A model generated the notes under the pieces. The model was given only the letters and a program-made list of their open reading frames with translations, searched no databases and had not been told where the DNA came from. This document shows positions 1 to 11,900 of a DNA stretch of 64,000 nucleotides, in pieces. The stretch's first letter is position 1, and every line of letters starts with the position of its first letter. The stretch is taken from positions 3,041 to 67,040 of the forward strand of contig JAISUD010000027.1 in NCBI GenBank assembly GCA_031272265.1. The letters are read 5' to 3'. The translations under genes and the position numbers were made by a program. The DNA comes from Endomicrobium sp. GTDB taxonomy: Bacteria > Elusimicrobiota > Endomicrobiia > Endomicrobiales > Endomicrobiaceae.

Positions 1-223
1 AAACATGCAAGAAGGTTTACAGTAATATTGTTGTTAGCAATATGCGGTTGGATATAGAAACGTTGAGGAATTGGAAAGTAATAAATGAATGAAAGAAAAC
101 GAGCTTTTAGACTTCGGTGAAAATACGGATTGCAGTAACGCGGGTATAGTTATATTGAACAGCGGTATTGTTCTTGGAATTTATCGTTATCGCAGGAAGA
201 CAAATGACGTAAAGGAGAAGGGT

Positions 224-663
224 ATGAAAAGAAGTGTGGTAGCATTAGTTTTATCGTTGTTAGTTTTTTGCAGTGGTCAGCTGATTATTGCAGAGAAATA
301 CCTGTGACAAAAACTAGTGAAAAGAATGACATAGAGTTGGAGAAGACTCTGGCAAAAGTACGTGAATTGAGCGATAAGGAGTTAGTGGAAAAAGAAGATG
401 AAATTTGGGAGGATAGCAAACCACATACGGAAAAAAAAGCAATGGATCTGGCCAATCGGTTGTGGGCAATAAACTACGAGCGAGATGTTCGGGACAACAG
501 AAAAGGAGTTCGTGATTTTGGAGCAGGATGGGGAGAGTATCGCGCAGAGATGCAGGAACTAAACGACGCAGAAATTGAGGAGGAAATAGGGGTAGTTCTT
601 GGACGGGAACATACTGAGACACAACGAGTGGAACTGATAAATCATGCGTGTGTAGTAATGTAA
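224..663 (+). pseudogene. Frameshifted secreted protein, signal peptide like the 11129 gene
   Basis: AAGGAG RBS; ATG224 MKRSVVALVLSLLVFCSGQLIIAE shifts near 295 into the acidic helical ORF 268..663. Confidence 0.6.
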
Positions 664-1489
664 TGTACGAATTGGGCTTCCGAGAAGGGAAAAAAGAAGT
701 TCATAAATGGTAGTAAATTTTATGTGTGACAGGAGCATTCATTCTTTTCGGGGACATGTTGATAGAACCGATATGCGTCTTCTTGGATATATGATCTCCT
801 GTAGAAATAAGTAATGTGAATGCAGGGGACTGCACGACACGATATCCATCATGTTGCTTTCCAGTGGAACGAGCGCTGCGTCTCCAAAAGAGCCGACCAT
901 ATAATCTAGAGCTTTGGAGTTATATGAAACTACAAATTACAATAACGACATATTGAGTTGAAGAGTGCCACTGGGTTCCTCAACTACTACGAAGGAGTGC
1001 CGTGAGGGTGCGTTCGGTTCCCCTGTCGGCTCACGTAAGGCACAGACTACTAAAAGGAGTAATGTGAGATTTTTGATCACGCTCCATAGGCTGTACTTCG
1101 TCTCTTTGAAACAGAGCGAGGGAATAAGATTCTCTCGCTTCCTCTTTTTGAGAAGTCACTGGGCGTATGGGATCAGAATAACCCTGACACAATGACACGT
1201 TACATAAGGTACGAGTTGGACCATCATAAAATAATACTAGACTTCCTAATTCCAGTGATACCGAATAGTGTGAGAATCTGACCTGCATTATAATAGGTAC
1301 AAGACTAAGTTAAATGCGCGTAAGCGTGTTGTAGAAATATGGGAAGAATATCTACAATACTGGTAGGAATAATAGAATCAATGAAACCATAGAGTTTCGT
1401 TTTTAGCAGCTGAAATAATGGGAAAACTATCAAAAATTCACTATAATGCTTACGGAAATAGAGTCTATGTATCTGCTAGTAATTAGCAC

Positions 1490-1520
1490 GTCACACTCTC
1501 AAGTGCGCGTGAATTGAAAT
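1490..1520 (+). CRISPR. Orphan degenerate type I-C-like CRISPR repeat
   Basis: GTCACACTCTCAAGTGCGCGTGAATTGAAAT (31 nt, GTC start, ATTGAAAT end); a more decayed repeat-like stretch starts at 1562 after 41 nt. Confidence 0.45.
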
Positions 1521-1763
1521 ATTATTTTTATCACTTTATCACGTTAAAGTAGCTGATGTATACCGCGTCTACGCGTCCACGTATAAGGAGGATAAAATGG
1601 CAGTATCAAAAATTAAATTGATTGAATGCTGCATATGCGTATTTTTTGTGATTTTGTTTTTCCGTTGTTGCAGCACGGAAGAATAAATATCCGCTATAAG
1701 AGGCGAAATAGATGAGTTAAATCGGACATAAGCGACATTCAGGATGGTATAAGATAGAATAAT

Positions 1764-2130
1764 ATGGAGAAAATTGCAATGATAATAATAATATTAGCTT
1801 TGCTGCAGTTGTTCGGACATGTATCCGGAGCAGTCTGCTGTTGTTGAACTGCCTGCGGCTGCGAGAGTAGGAGAACAGAGTGTAAAATAAGGGGGGGGGA
1901 AGTGCAGACAAAACGGGAACAGACAGAGAAATGGAAATCATATGAAAAAAACCGCAATAATAATATAATATTAGTATGTTGCAGTTGCCCGAAGAGGATT
2001 TGATTCCTGTGTTGCAAAATCAAACGCTTTCTGCTTCCGTGTTAGAAGTATAAAGAAATAGTGATAGGAGCTGCAAGCGTTATATCAGAATGAGCAGCAG
2101 TGTATTTTGGATAAAGATTCTAACAGGGTA
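1764..2130 (+). pseudogene. Array family member, KSYEK/LQLP subtype
   Basis: MEKIAMIIIILALLQLFG; after frameshifts KSYEKNRN, MLQLPEEDLIPVLQNQTL, KYKEIVIGAASVI. Confidence 0.7.
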
Positions 2131-2598
2131 AAAAGCTGAGGAGAAGTCTCCTCTTATTCTGTACACGGCTGAGAAATTTCCTCTAAGTGTGAAGAAATTG
2201 AGGAATAATGTGAATGCGTTGGGAAGGATAAAGCGAATACGGATACAGAACATCACCAAAGAAGAGGAGAGTTTAACGCCCTTTTGGAAGTAGTTTTGCT
2301 CTGCTGAGTGTGTTGATTATAGAGTGCGAGCAGGAAAAGAATGGAAAAATGACGCTGAATAGAATCGCCGATTTTGAGTGAGACTGGTAAAAGAGAATCC
2401 GGACAATCAGAATATGTCAGCTTAAACTTAAAATCAGCGAGAAATAGGTTAAGTGATTACATAAGGAATGAAGCATTACGGTACAGTATCTCGAGAGGAT
2501 CAGCTAAGATAATAAAAATTAAAGCGGGTACGACAGTACTATCTCTCAGCGGACTGTGATTCCGTTTTCAATCTGCAGAAAATAGAAAAGGAGATTAA

Positions 2599-3257
2599 CT
2601 TAGAAAAGTTTCAGTAGTGCTATGCTTATGTTTATTGTTGGTGACGGGTTGTGGGCGGCCTAGCCTAATTGTGAAGCCGGCAGAATTTAGAGTAGAACAA
2701 ATACCGCCGAAAACTTGGATTGAAAATGTCCGGGCTTATGTGGAGATCGTAACGCTCAGCATTCTCACCATATATGCGGCGTTGTTTATCTAATGAGGAG
2801 TAAATTTGGAACGATTGAAAAAGGCAAAACTCCTTAAGAACCAACAAGTGGTGAAACGAGAAAGAAAGTGTCAGTTGGTAGTGAAGCTGGGAAAGAGGAA
2901 ATTTTAGATATTAATGAGTCATCTGAAGAGCCGTTTAAGATTATCGGTGAACAACTTGGAATAATTGCAGAGAGAGAAAGGCAAAAAACGAAGCAACTTA
3001 TCGGAATAGAAGGAACCGTAAAAGAACAAAATACCGAAATAGGAAATATGCGCCAAGATTTGGAAAAACTTTCTGAAAATGTAAAAACAGAGTTGGGATG
3101 TATTGATGAGAGAATAAAAGCAAAAGGAGAAGCAGACGACTTAACACAAATAAGAGGTATTTTAAAAGAACACAGTGACAAAATAGAAGATATAACCAAA
3201 AGATTGGATAGTCTTGTTGAGACTGTAGAGACAATAGAAGGGACAACAAAGGGATAG
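2599..3257 (+). pseudogene. Array family lipoprotein with TM and coiled-coil tail
   Basis: RBS at 2588; RKVSVVLCLCLLLVTGCGRPSLIVKP..KTWIEN, then TM and stops, then the heptad-rich ORF 2868..3257. Confidence 0.7.
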
Positions 3258-3344
3258 GACAGTTTATAGTATGTCACACATAGCGCGCATCTGACAAGGG
3301 AGAAAAGGATTTGCGTATGAGTGGGACAAGGAAAATAACAAGAA

Positions 3345-3600
3345 GAAATTGCAACAACATTAATTTTGTTGTAGTTATTTGGACGCGTTTCCTTGTTATG
3401 ATATAACACTTTGATGTCTCCCCAGCGAAGCTAGAGTACGAGTCACCCGGACAAAAAAGCATTTTTGGAAGTTATGAAGAGGACGTTAATGTGAAAGGAT
3501 CTGTTGATCAGTATGACGGATCTACCGTAGGCGTTGCTTTAGAGGGGATATGTTATAAAATTGTAAGCGGAACCGCGGGACTGGCCGGGTGAATAAATAT
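3345..3600 (+). pseudogene. Decayed array family member
   Basis: EIATTLILL*LFGRVS: TAG at the Gln position and CGC at the Cys position. Confidence 0.55.
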
Positions 3601-3787
3601 ACGGCAATGAATGTAAGTCAGCTATTGACGGTATGTATGTGTGGTTGGACTTTGCTGATGAACTTTTGTCGCGATTAAGAACAGAGATAGAAAAAGTAAA
3701 GGTTAATACTTAATACTTAATACAGGAAAAATAGCGGTAAATACAACGCTATGGCAAATTAAAGATTAATTGAAGGAATAGAGAGAA

Positions 3788-5300
3788 AGAATCGCGGTAG
3801 TGTTAGTTGTTGTTATAATTGACGAGTTATGCGAGGCAGTTAAAGATTGTTACTTTGCGGACTTAAATGTAAAAACAGGCAGTAAGAAATGCGGATTCAA
3901 CACCCAATCCATTCTTACACCAACACGTGAACCAACATCGTAAACAAAGGAATTTTCCTTCTTGAACTATAAAACATGAGACTATAAGTACGTAGTAATT
4001 ATAGCAGTTTAGAGTAGGAGCATTTATAGGAATATGTGTAGTGCTTGCAAGGTGCGAAGGCGTGTGAGGTAAAAAAAATGCATTAATGGCAAAATTCAGA
4101 ATAAAATAAACGAGTTGAAGAGTGAGAAAAAGGAATTGCGTATCGTTATGGCGTTCACAATAAAGTAGGAAAATAACATAACTGTAAACTGCCGACGTGG
4201 ATTTTGAGAATGAGATTGCAAGTTTGTGGGCTGCCAAAAGGGAATAAGGTAATGATAACACGGAATTAGCGGTTCTTGTGGTTAATTTGCAGAGTGAAAG
4301 AACAAGAAATCCAGCAGTTGCGGACGGTAAAAAGATTTAGCACGTTAGTGATGTCACGCCTATGGAAAGAGAAAACGTGATTATGAACTGTCAATACAAA
4401 GTTGACGAATGAGGACACACGGTTACAGACTGCCAAGCGCGAACTTGCAGACTCAGATGAATCTGACGCGTAAGGAACACAAAATCAAGCAGGAGCTGAC
4501 TGTTATGAGAATGAGAAAGTGAGTGATTTCAAGTCTGTAATGGAAAAGAATACAGTCAAATTGGGGAACAGGTTTGGTATTCCTCACCGCGTTGGAAAAA
4601 AGATGCCCTGGATGTAAGAAAGCTTAGATCAAAATAATAAGTTATCACAGTAGTGTAAAGCTGACGACAACAAGGATCGAAAAAAAGTGGAAAAATTGAG
4701 AGTACAGTTGGCAGGCTTGTAGGAGATGCAGAGATCTGGATTGGAATCTAAGAACATTGAATTGCAGACTCAAATAGTCTAGCTGTAAGCGAAACTACCT
4801 GCTGATATTCCTAGACACTTGAGAAATTGTTAAAGAGTCGCACTATGTGTGGGATAATCCTCCATAAGACCATAAAAAGATGGAAATTTTCTCCTCAGTC
4901 TTGATTGAATTACGCAGAAACAACACAATTAGCGAATTAGAGATTGAGAGAGATAATCTTCAGTTAGTCGTCAGCAGACTGTTAATAGGGAAATGCGTTT
5001 ACGTTACTACATCTCAATTGGTGATTAGCAGGTTTGAAGACAGATAAAATCGTACTCGAGAGTAAAATAAATAGAGTTATAGAAAAGAGGAACATGTATA
5101 AAAAATACGGTGGACAACTGCATAGAGTGAACTGAGTACACCAACACTTCAGTAGTGCGCTTTTGTACGGAAATCAATATCTCAGGGCCTTGAGGGATTA
5201 GGATTTATGGAAAAAGCGATAAAAAAGTTGACGCAAGAATACAGAGAATTACAAGCTGAGCTAGAGAAGTCAAGGATAGAGAAACTGCTTGGAAAATAAA
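3788..5300 (+). pseudogene. Decayed long coiled-coil array family member
   Basis: RIAVVLV../LL*LTSYARQ, Pro/Thr spacer, FLNYK, hydrophobic stretch, then fragments such as LESKNIELQTQIV*L*AKL and KKLTQEYRELQAELEKSRIEKLLGK. Confidence 0.5.
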
Positions 5301-5665
5301 AGGATTGAATTACACATCATACGCACCGCTATAAGAAAATAATGGAAAGGACAAAATAATGAAATAATATGATTGTAAAATGGCGTCATAGAATTGGCGA
5401 ATACCAACGACCAGCTGCACTCAGGTGTTAACAACATTCCAAAGACGAAAATAAGGGGAAACACAGACAAAAATAGAGAAAAATGACGGGAATCGCAAGG
5501 ACGCAGACAGAGATAGCGTTGCAACTATATTCATAGTGGCGCACGGTATTTAGTATTTATTGTATTAAAGGTTTTTTTGTTTTGTATATAATAAAAGTTT
5601 CCATTAAAGGAGAAGTTTGCGAAACGTAGGAGAGCTTTTACGTATGAGTAGGAATAGGAAAAAGG

Positions 5666-5752
5666 ATGAAAGTAATTGTGTTAGTGTTGACATTAACATT
5701 ATTAGTAGGGTGTGAGCAGATGCAGAAATTATTCTCTTTTGCTGACCGATAG
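5666..5752 (+). pseudogene. Truncated lipoprotein
   Basis: MKVIVLVLTLTLLVGCEQMQKLFSFADR*, lipobox LVGC. Confidence 0.5.
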
Positions 5753-6025
5753 TAGAGTATTAAAGCACAAGCGCCAAAGAAAATAGAAACATCAGATAAT
5801 CAGAAAGTAACGGAAAGGGATTTAACTCTGAGAGAAAAATATCTTGTGATAGTGTAGCTATAGTTACATTGGCGTTGTTATAAGACAGGATTATTATTAC
5901 AGGAAGAGATGAGATAAAAGAAAATAAGGTGAAATAATGCACCTTATTTATTGTTGTGTGGGTTGCTGAGTATAATGAGTCTTGGTTGTTTTCTTTGTAT
6001 TCTGGGAAGGAGAAATAAGAATAGG

Positions 6026-6180
6026 GTGAAAAAAAGCAGTAATATTAATTTTATATTTGTTGATGAGGTGTGCTTTAAATAGCCGAATGTTGTTGTTAGT
6101 TTCAGCAATTAAAAGAATATGAGATTCCAGTCTCTCGAGCCAACTTTACTTCTCCGAGCTGGGTTATTAGGAAATTGCGA
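6026..6180 (+). pseudogene. Decayed array family member
   Basis: KAVILILYLLMRCA../*PNVVVSF. Confidence 0.5.
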
Positions 6181-6569
6181 TAGGAATTAGGAAGCATTGT
6201 AGCAGTATAGTATATCGTGGATGTAAACTTTTGTGTAGTAAAAGAATCAGACGAATAGTAGCTGAACTTGTAAGCGAAGGTGCACAAACACTCTCCTTGA
6301 ATCTTGTAAATAGAAGTATACGATACAGAGGTTGCTTTGAATCTTGAAGGAATGTGGTTATGAGGTTGCGAAGGATTTTCTCTAAGAGGGGAGTATAAAA
6401 TATAGCTTAATATTGTATGAGACTGTATTGTCAGAATCTTCACACAAACCAGATAGCGTAAACTATCCGCTAGCTAATCTATTGTGATAATGTAAAAACT
6501 AGATGATTTTATACCTCCTGAAAAAATAGGGTAAGTGTCACCGTGCTAGGAGCTAGGAAAAAACAAAAA

Positions 6570-6900
6570 AATAAAAATAAGCAGCATGTCGCACGTAATT
6601 TGAATTGCCTAAGGTAAAGGGAGAACAGAGTATAAAACAAATATAAGCGTAGACGAAACAGAATGGGAACAAGATCAAAGCAGATAAACGAAAGAAAAGT
6701 GTATGAAAAAATTTATAATATTGATATAATGATGACATTCTGAGATTGCCGTAAGGAATTCTGATTCTCATGTTGTATTGTAAAATCAAGTACTCCATGT
6801 CTCATACTAGAATTATATGAATTATATGGAAATTGTATTAAAAGTTGTAAGTATTTTAGGGTATACGCGGATGGAATATTTTGGATACAAATTCCGGTGT
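6570..6900 (+). pseudogene. KSYEK/LQLP subtype fragment
   Basis: DNA similar to 1840-2030; NERKVYEK..YNDDILRLP..NQVL then NYMEIVLKVVSILG. Confidence 0.6.
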
Positions 6901-7283
6901 GGCAAAAAACTGAGAAAAATTACCCAAAAGCGCGCAGCTACACAATGACTGTACTCTTCCGCATTCCGGATGTAGAAAAAAGCATGCCTAATTGAGGAAA
7001 ACAAGGCGAAAATGACAGAGGATTACGGGATCCCGGCGAAACCGAATAAGGATAAAACTGACAACTATCTCATCTGCCTGTCAATACAGTAGAGCAGATA
7101 TGTCCAAGGTTGGTAAAGAAAAGTGAAGATCGCGTGAGACTACTGAGAGAATAGGACACATAAAAACGCGGAGATTAAAAGGAAATTTATAGTGGTAATG
7201 AGGTAAGAAGTAAACACGAAAAAACAATTATACAGATAAGGTATACAAGTATATAAAAAGTGCAAATTATATAGGGAGGAGCG

Positions 7284-7832
7284 ATGAAAAAGTTAGTAGT
7301 AATGTTGGTATTATTACAGTTATTTGGATTTAGCTGCATAAGAGAGCCAAATATTATTATTAGAGGTCATCAGCAGGTTCAGTCACCACAATCAAAGGTT
7401 CATTTAGCCTTAAACTTGGCGACGAAAGTGTTGGTGAGTTTTTTAGGGATATGGGTGATAATAGATCTTGTAAGCAGGAATGTGTCAAATAAAGGGACTG
7501 ATACGATAAATCTGTGCTTTAGCTACATCTCGCCGAAAACTGTTGATGTTCAATCTCAACCAAGCGTAATAAAGACTCAGGGTAGGGGTATATTAACAGA
7601 AGACTTAGAGAAGCTGCATGCGAAGCCACCAGCTCAATCTTCTCACCCAGACTTAAAGGATGAGTCTTCGGTTCCGCCTACGAAGCCACCTCTGTCTCCG
7701 AAAAAGGATAGGAAGAGTTCTGATGAAAAGGAAGAAGATAAAGGTGAAAAAAAGGTGGTGAAGAAGGCAAGCAAAAAGATAAGAGGGGAAAAAAATGAGG
7801 AGGAGGAGGAGGAGGAGGATAAGAGAGAGTAA
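7284..7832 (+). CDS. Intact array family lipoprotein with TM and Pro/Lys/Glu-rich disordered tail
   Basis: GGGAGGAG RBS; MKKLVVMLVLLQLFGFSC-IREPNIII, TM LATKVLVSFLGIWVIIDLV, poly-Glu from (GAG)n. Confidence 0.8.
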   Translation: MKKLVVMLVLLQLFGFSCIREPNIIIRGHQQVQSPQSKVHLALNLATKVLVSFLGIWVIIDLVSRNVSNKGTDTINLCFSYISPKTVDVQSQPSVIKTQGRGILTEDLEKLHAKPPAQSSHPDLKDESSVPPTKPPLSPKKDRKSSDEKEEDKGEKKVVKKASKKIRGEKNEEEEEEEDKRE

Positions 7833-7982
7833 AATGGGAATCATATAAATGCGAGTTGTCAACTCAGGCTGAATAGTGGAAAAGTGGGTTGATATATCGG
7901 GGAGATCAGCTAGGTATGTGGGAGAAGTCTGGTGGGCTGGCGCTTTAAAATTAGACTAAGCAAGGAAGAGGAAGAAGATGAG

Positions 7983-8300
7983 TTGAAAAAGGTTATAATG
8001 TGTTAATTTTGGTTCATTTGTTTCAATTGGGGTGTAATGTTGTCTCTAATCCTACTGAAAAGCTGGTAGAATAAGAACAGAATTATGAAGTAAGGAGTAA
8101 GATAGACAAAACAGAAACAGGCAGACGAAGGGAAATCATATAAAAATAAAAAATGTCTTAGATATATAATAAAATGACAGCATACTGAAATTGCTTGAGG
8201 GAAATCTGCTTCCCGTTCCATACTGCCTGATTTATACGAGATTGTACTGGCCGCAATGTTATAGCAGTGCATAAGGGCGTATTCTATTAAATTATAGATA
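7983..8300 (+). pseudogene. KSYEK/LQLP subtype member
   Basis: KKVIM/VLILVHLFQLGCNVVSNPTEK..EGKSYKNK..NDSILKLLEGNLLPV. Confidence 0.6.
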
Positions 8301-8560
8301 GAGAGTCTTGCGTAAAAATCAGGAGGACTTCATGTAGTTGCATACTCTTGTCAAAAGATTCCAAAAATTGCATACATTTAATACTGTCCGGCGCACGGTA
8401 AACTACGGAAACTGCGCAAAGCGTGTGGAAAACGAAATTACGAATAAGTGGACGAAAAATGCCGGAAAAAACGTGAAAAAATACAGAGAAGATTTCCATG
8501 TGCAAGAGACAAATAAAAAAATAATCAAAACAAAGAGAGCAAAAAGGCGAACAGAAGAAA

Positions 8561-8860
8561 ATAAGAGGTATTGTTATAATAGCAGCGTCAATTTCATTGC
8601 AGTCAGCGGGCTGTGTGAGGCAGCCGAATGTTATTGTCAAGACTTCTGAAGTAGTAAAACTGGAAACGGGGAATATGGAAGCGTTCAAACAAAAACGTTT
8701 TTGGAATTGTGGAAGACAGAGACGCGAAAGGATTTGCGCCAGTATGGCGGGATTATTATATCAGTCGTTGTAGGCGGCGGCACATTTTTGACAGACTATA
8801 AAGTTATAGACGGTGTTCTAGTTCGGTGCAAGAGCTTTCGGAAAGCAGTTAATCTCTAAA
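8561..8860 (+). pseudogene. Array family member, ATA at the start position
   Basis: IRGIVIIAASISLQSAGCVRQPNVIVKTSEVVK..KRFW, then frameshift into a hydrophobic segment. Confidence 0.7.
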
Positions 8861-9231
8861 TGCATAAACGGATTCTGCAAATCGGAATAAACGAAACGGT
8901 AGAGAGCGTAAATAAGATAAATGATAAAATAGCTATAGCAAACGGCTTACTGAGTCAGTGGAGAAATGGCAGGCAACAAACATATTTAGACTCTCTAAAT
9001 GAGAAAAGTAGGCAATTTAGAGAGAAGCACGGGCATTCTTGCTGCAATAGTAGACAATCTAGAAGGAAGCTAGATTGGAGCGGGCCGGGCATACATTTTA
9101 TGTTACGGTGTAATGAGGTCTTGCTCAAGTATACGAACAAATGCTCCAACAAGCGCAGGCAAGTTTAATTGAGCTATATAAAGTAAATGAGTAGTATTTC
9201 GTATCCACGCTAATGTGGAGATGAGAACAAT

Positions 9232-9670
9232 ATGAAAAAGATTACATTAACGTTAGTTTTATTTCAATTGACTGACTGAGCGAAGCAATCTAATATCGTT
9301 GTTAGTTTTCCTGAGTTAAGCAATCAGAAAGATATGAGACTTTAACTCCTGAGTCAACGCCTAAAAATCAACGCTGTCGCTAGATAATTCCTCATTTTGG
9401 AACTTCAAAATAATAGCAGTAGGGACATTTATAGGATATATCTAGATTATAAAGTGTACAGATGGAATAAAAACAAGGATAACTTAACGGCGAATTGCAG
9501 GGCGAGAATAAAAAGTTGGTAAGAATAAATGACGATTTGGATAATGCGAATAGGAATTGGTATAGTAATGACGAACTAGTTAAAGGCTCAAAATTGTAAG
9601 CGCATGGCATATTTGTGATAAAATGCAAATTGAAAACAGAAATTTGAAGATTGAGAACGTCCAATTAAAG
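9232..9670 (+). pseudogene. Array family member with TM and coiled coil
   Basis: MKKITLTLVLFQLTD*AKQSNIVVSFPE (TGA at the lipobox Cys position), later SFWNFKIIAVGTFIG. Confidence 0.75.
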
Positions 9671-9703
9671 ACTGGACAAGCATGCCCTTGAAGTAAGTGA
9701 TAT

Positions 9704-9740
9704 GTCGTGTCCACGCGGACGCGTGAATTGTGAATTGAAA
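9704..9740 (+). CRISPR. Orphan type I-C-like CRISPR repeat with 7-bp internal duplication
   Basis: GTCGTGTCCACGCGGACGCGTGAATTG[TGAATTG]AAA; hairpin CGTGTCC-ACGC-GGACGCG. Confidence 0.5.
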
Positions 9741-9796
9741 AAATCTGAAGAGAATATAAGGTTAATGTGGTAATTGTAGTATTAATTTAAGGAACG

Positions 9797-9900
9797 GGTT
9801 TCACGTGCCTTCAAGGTCGTGGAAGTCGTGGTAGTTGTTGGTATCCTTGCACTCTATTTTATTCTAATATATATTGATTCCTTTATTGTTCCCACCATTG
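9797..9900 (+). pseudogene. Type IV pilin (PilE-like) N-terminal relic
   Basis: With one +1 frameshift it reads GFTC/FKVVEVVVVVGILALYFILIY, matching the spacing of GFTLIELLVVVxIIGILAxxAxPxY. Confidence 0.5.
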
Positions 9901-10304
9901 GTAAATGTCTGCCGTGATGGTAGGGAAACAATCCCATTGCAATATAGATTGGACATTATATTCAAACGATTGATTTGCAGAGTGGTGCAAAATCGACAAA
10001 TTGGTGCGAAAAAAAAACTGTATTGCACCAGAAATAATGAACAGCTGACATTCGGATAGATTCGTTGAAAAAGCCACTGAAATATTAAGAAAAGCAGAAT
10101 TTGCGCGGAAGCGTTAGGACTATGAGCGACTATGAGAGAAAACTGCTGTCACTGAGGAAAATGTAGGCAAAAGAGAGAATATGTGCATACAATAGGGGGA
10201 CCGCTCTACTTCAAACAAATACGAGCCTCCGAAGAGCGAATCTAGATAAAGTACTCTGTGGTATTTATAGAGACGGGTAAATTAATAAAATAAAGGAGTC
10301 TAAA

Positions 10305-10680
10305 ATGAGAAAAATCGCAATAGTATTAGTTTTGTTTCAGTTGACGAGTTGCGCGAAACAGTCTAGTTTTATCATTAAGACTTCTGAAGTATTGTAGCCA
10401 AAAAAGAAAAATGAGACTCAACATGCCCCCATGGTGGAGTTATTGGAAAAGTATAATAAGCGCGGTAATTTTTATAGGTACAGGTATAACGATAGTAACA
10501 ATATGTCTTATACACAGAACTAGCAGCAAGAAAAACAGCAGAGAGAAATCTTCTTTCCTTTAGAAGAGGGTAAATTGCCGAAAGTTAATAATGAGGACAG
10601 AACGGAGTTGATAGCGAGATACCAAACTAATGCGGCTCAGTGCAGAGTTATGTCTCTCAAATATACTTCGGACTAAACAT
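10305..10680 (+). pseudogene. Array family member
   Basis: AAGGAG RBS; MRKIAIVLVLFQLTSCAKQSSFIIKTSEVL*, then PWWSYWKSIISAVIFIGTGITIVTICLI (TM). Confidence 0.8.
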
Positions 10681-10760
10681 ACGAAAATATAAAAAGCGGA
10701 CACAGGAGTGGACAGATATAGCGAGCAAATTGAAAGAAGGAAACAAATGAGGAGAACAAC

Positions 10761-11100
10761 GTGAAAACGATTGCGGTAACATTCCTATTGTAGTTAGTGG
10801 GTGCGCGAGGTATTCAAACATTATCGCTGAGACTTCTTAGATAGAACAATTGGGGAATTATTTTCAACTTCCGAACCGATGCCTCCACCGACATCGCCGA
10901 CATAAATTTTCTAATTTTGGAACTTCAAGATAATCACGATAGGAGCAGAGATATTTGCAATGTATGTGCAGTTATATATTTTGGATACTAATTTTTGCCG
11001 TATAAACGTATAAATTAAGATGAGACTCAGAGTTATTTGTCAATAGAAAAACAGCTGCGAACTGAACTTGAAACTATAAAAGCAAATAACCTTGAGTAAA
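10761..11100 (+). pseudogene. Array family member
   Basis: GAGGAG RBS; MKTIAVTFLL*LV/GCARYSNIIAETS, Pro-rich spacer, FWNFKIITIG. Confidence 0.7.
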
Positions 11101-11128
11101 ACTCAGGATAGAAAGGAAGGAGAGTAGT

Positions 11129-11455
11129 ATGAAAAAGATTTCAGTAGTATTAATTTTGTCGTTATTAGCTCTGAATAGCACTCAGCCGATTATTGCAGTG
11201 GAAGCGCAAAACACGCAGCAACCGGGAAAAGAAGAAAAACCGGAAATTGTGCAAACGGAGAAACAAGAAGTGAAAGCAGACGCGAAAGCACGGTCATTAT
11301 GGGGTAGAGAAACGGAGAGAGTAAACGTGCTGCCTATATGTGGAATAATAGTTTTAACTCCTCTTCTTCTGACAATCGGGTTAGTGATATTACCACTAGC
11401 TATACCCGTTTCAATTATATATGGGATATACTTAATCATTAAATCCGTTCTATAA
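11129..11455 (+). CDS. Intact small protein: signal peptide, charged linker, long C-terminal hydrophobic hairpin
   Basis: AAGGAG RBS; MKKISVVLILSLLALNSTQPIIA (no lipobox Cys); ~40 aa hydrophobic C-terminus. Confidence 0.8.
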   Translation: MKKISVVLILSLLALNSTQPIIAVEAQNTQQPGKEEKPEIVQTEKQEVKADAKARSLWGRETERVNVLPICGIIVLTPLLLTIGLVILPLAIPVSIIYGIYLIIKSVL

Positions 11456-11468
11456 GGAAGGAAAACGT

Positions 11469-11654
11469 GCAATAGCATTAAATTTGTTTTAGTTGATAGA
11501 GAGCGATTATGCAAAACAGCTTAATGTTACCGTTAAGACTTCTGAATCAACGCAGCCGGCAAAAAAAGCGCTTCCGACTTCTACCCCGGCGCTTGCTCTG
11601 TCTCTTGAATCAACGCTTGGACTGCTGCCAAAAGTAGAGACTCACTTAGTCTGA
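11469..11654 (+). pseudogene. Array family member
   Basis: AIALNLF*LIESDYAKQLNVTVKTSESTQPAKKALPTSTP. Confidence 0.65.
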
Positions 11655-11706
11655 AAACTGTCAAACTTGATCTGGAAAATAATAAGAGAACTTAAAAGGA
11701 ACTAAC

Positions 11707-11900
11707 ACGAAAAAGATTGCGACGACGTTAATTCCGCTATAATTGTTCATGTGTATGAAGCAACCTATGTTATCGCTATAAAACTCTTGAGGTAGTGGCA
11801 AGGTAGGAATAAACATATCCAGATACAAAAGATAAAAGATAAAGTAAACTAATCTGCCTCACTCTGGAATTATAAAAGAATCGTTATAGCTGGAACCTGC
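11707..11900 (+). pseudogene. Array family member, ACG at the start position
   Basis: TKKIATTLIPL*LFMCMKQP; later SLWNYKRIVIAG. Confidence 0.65.

Noticed and set aside
3703-3723. (TTAATAC)x3 micro-repeat
   Set aside because: Short slippage repeat in decayed DNA with no evidence of function.
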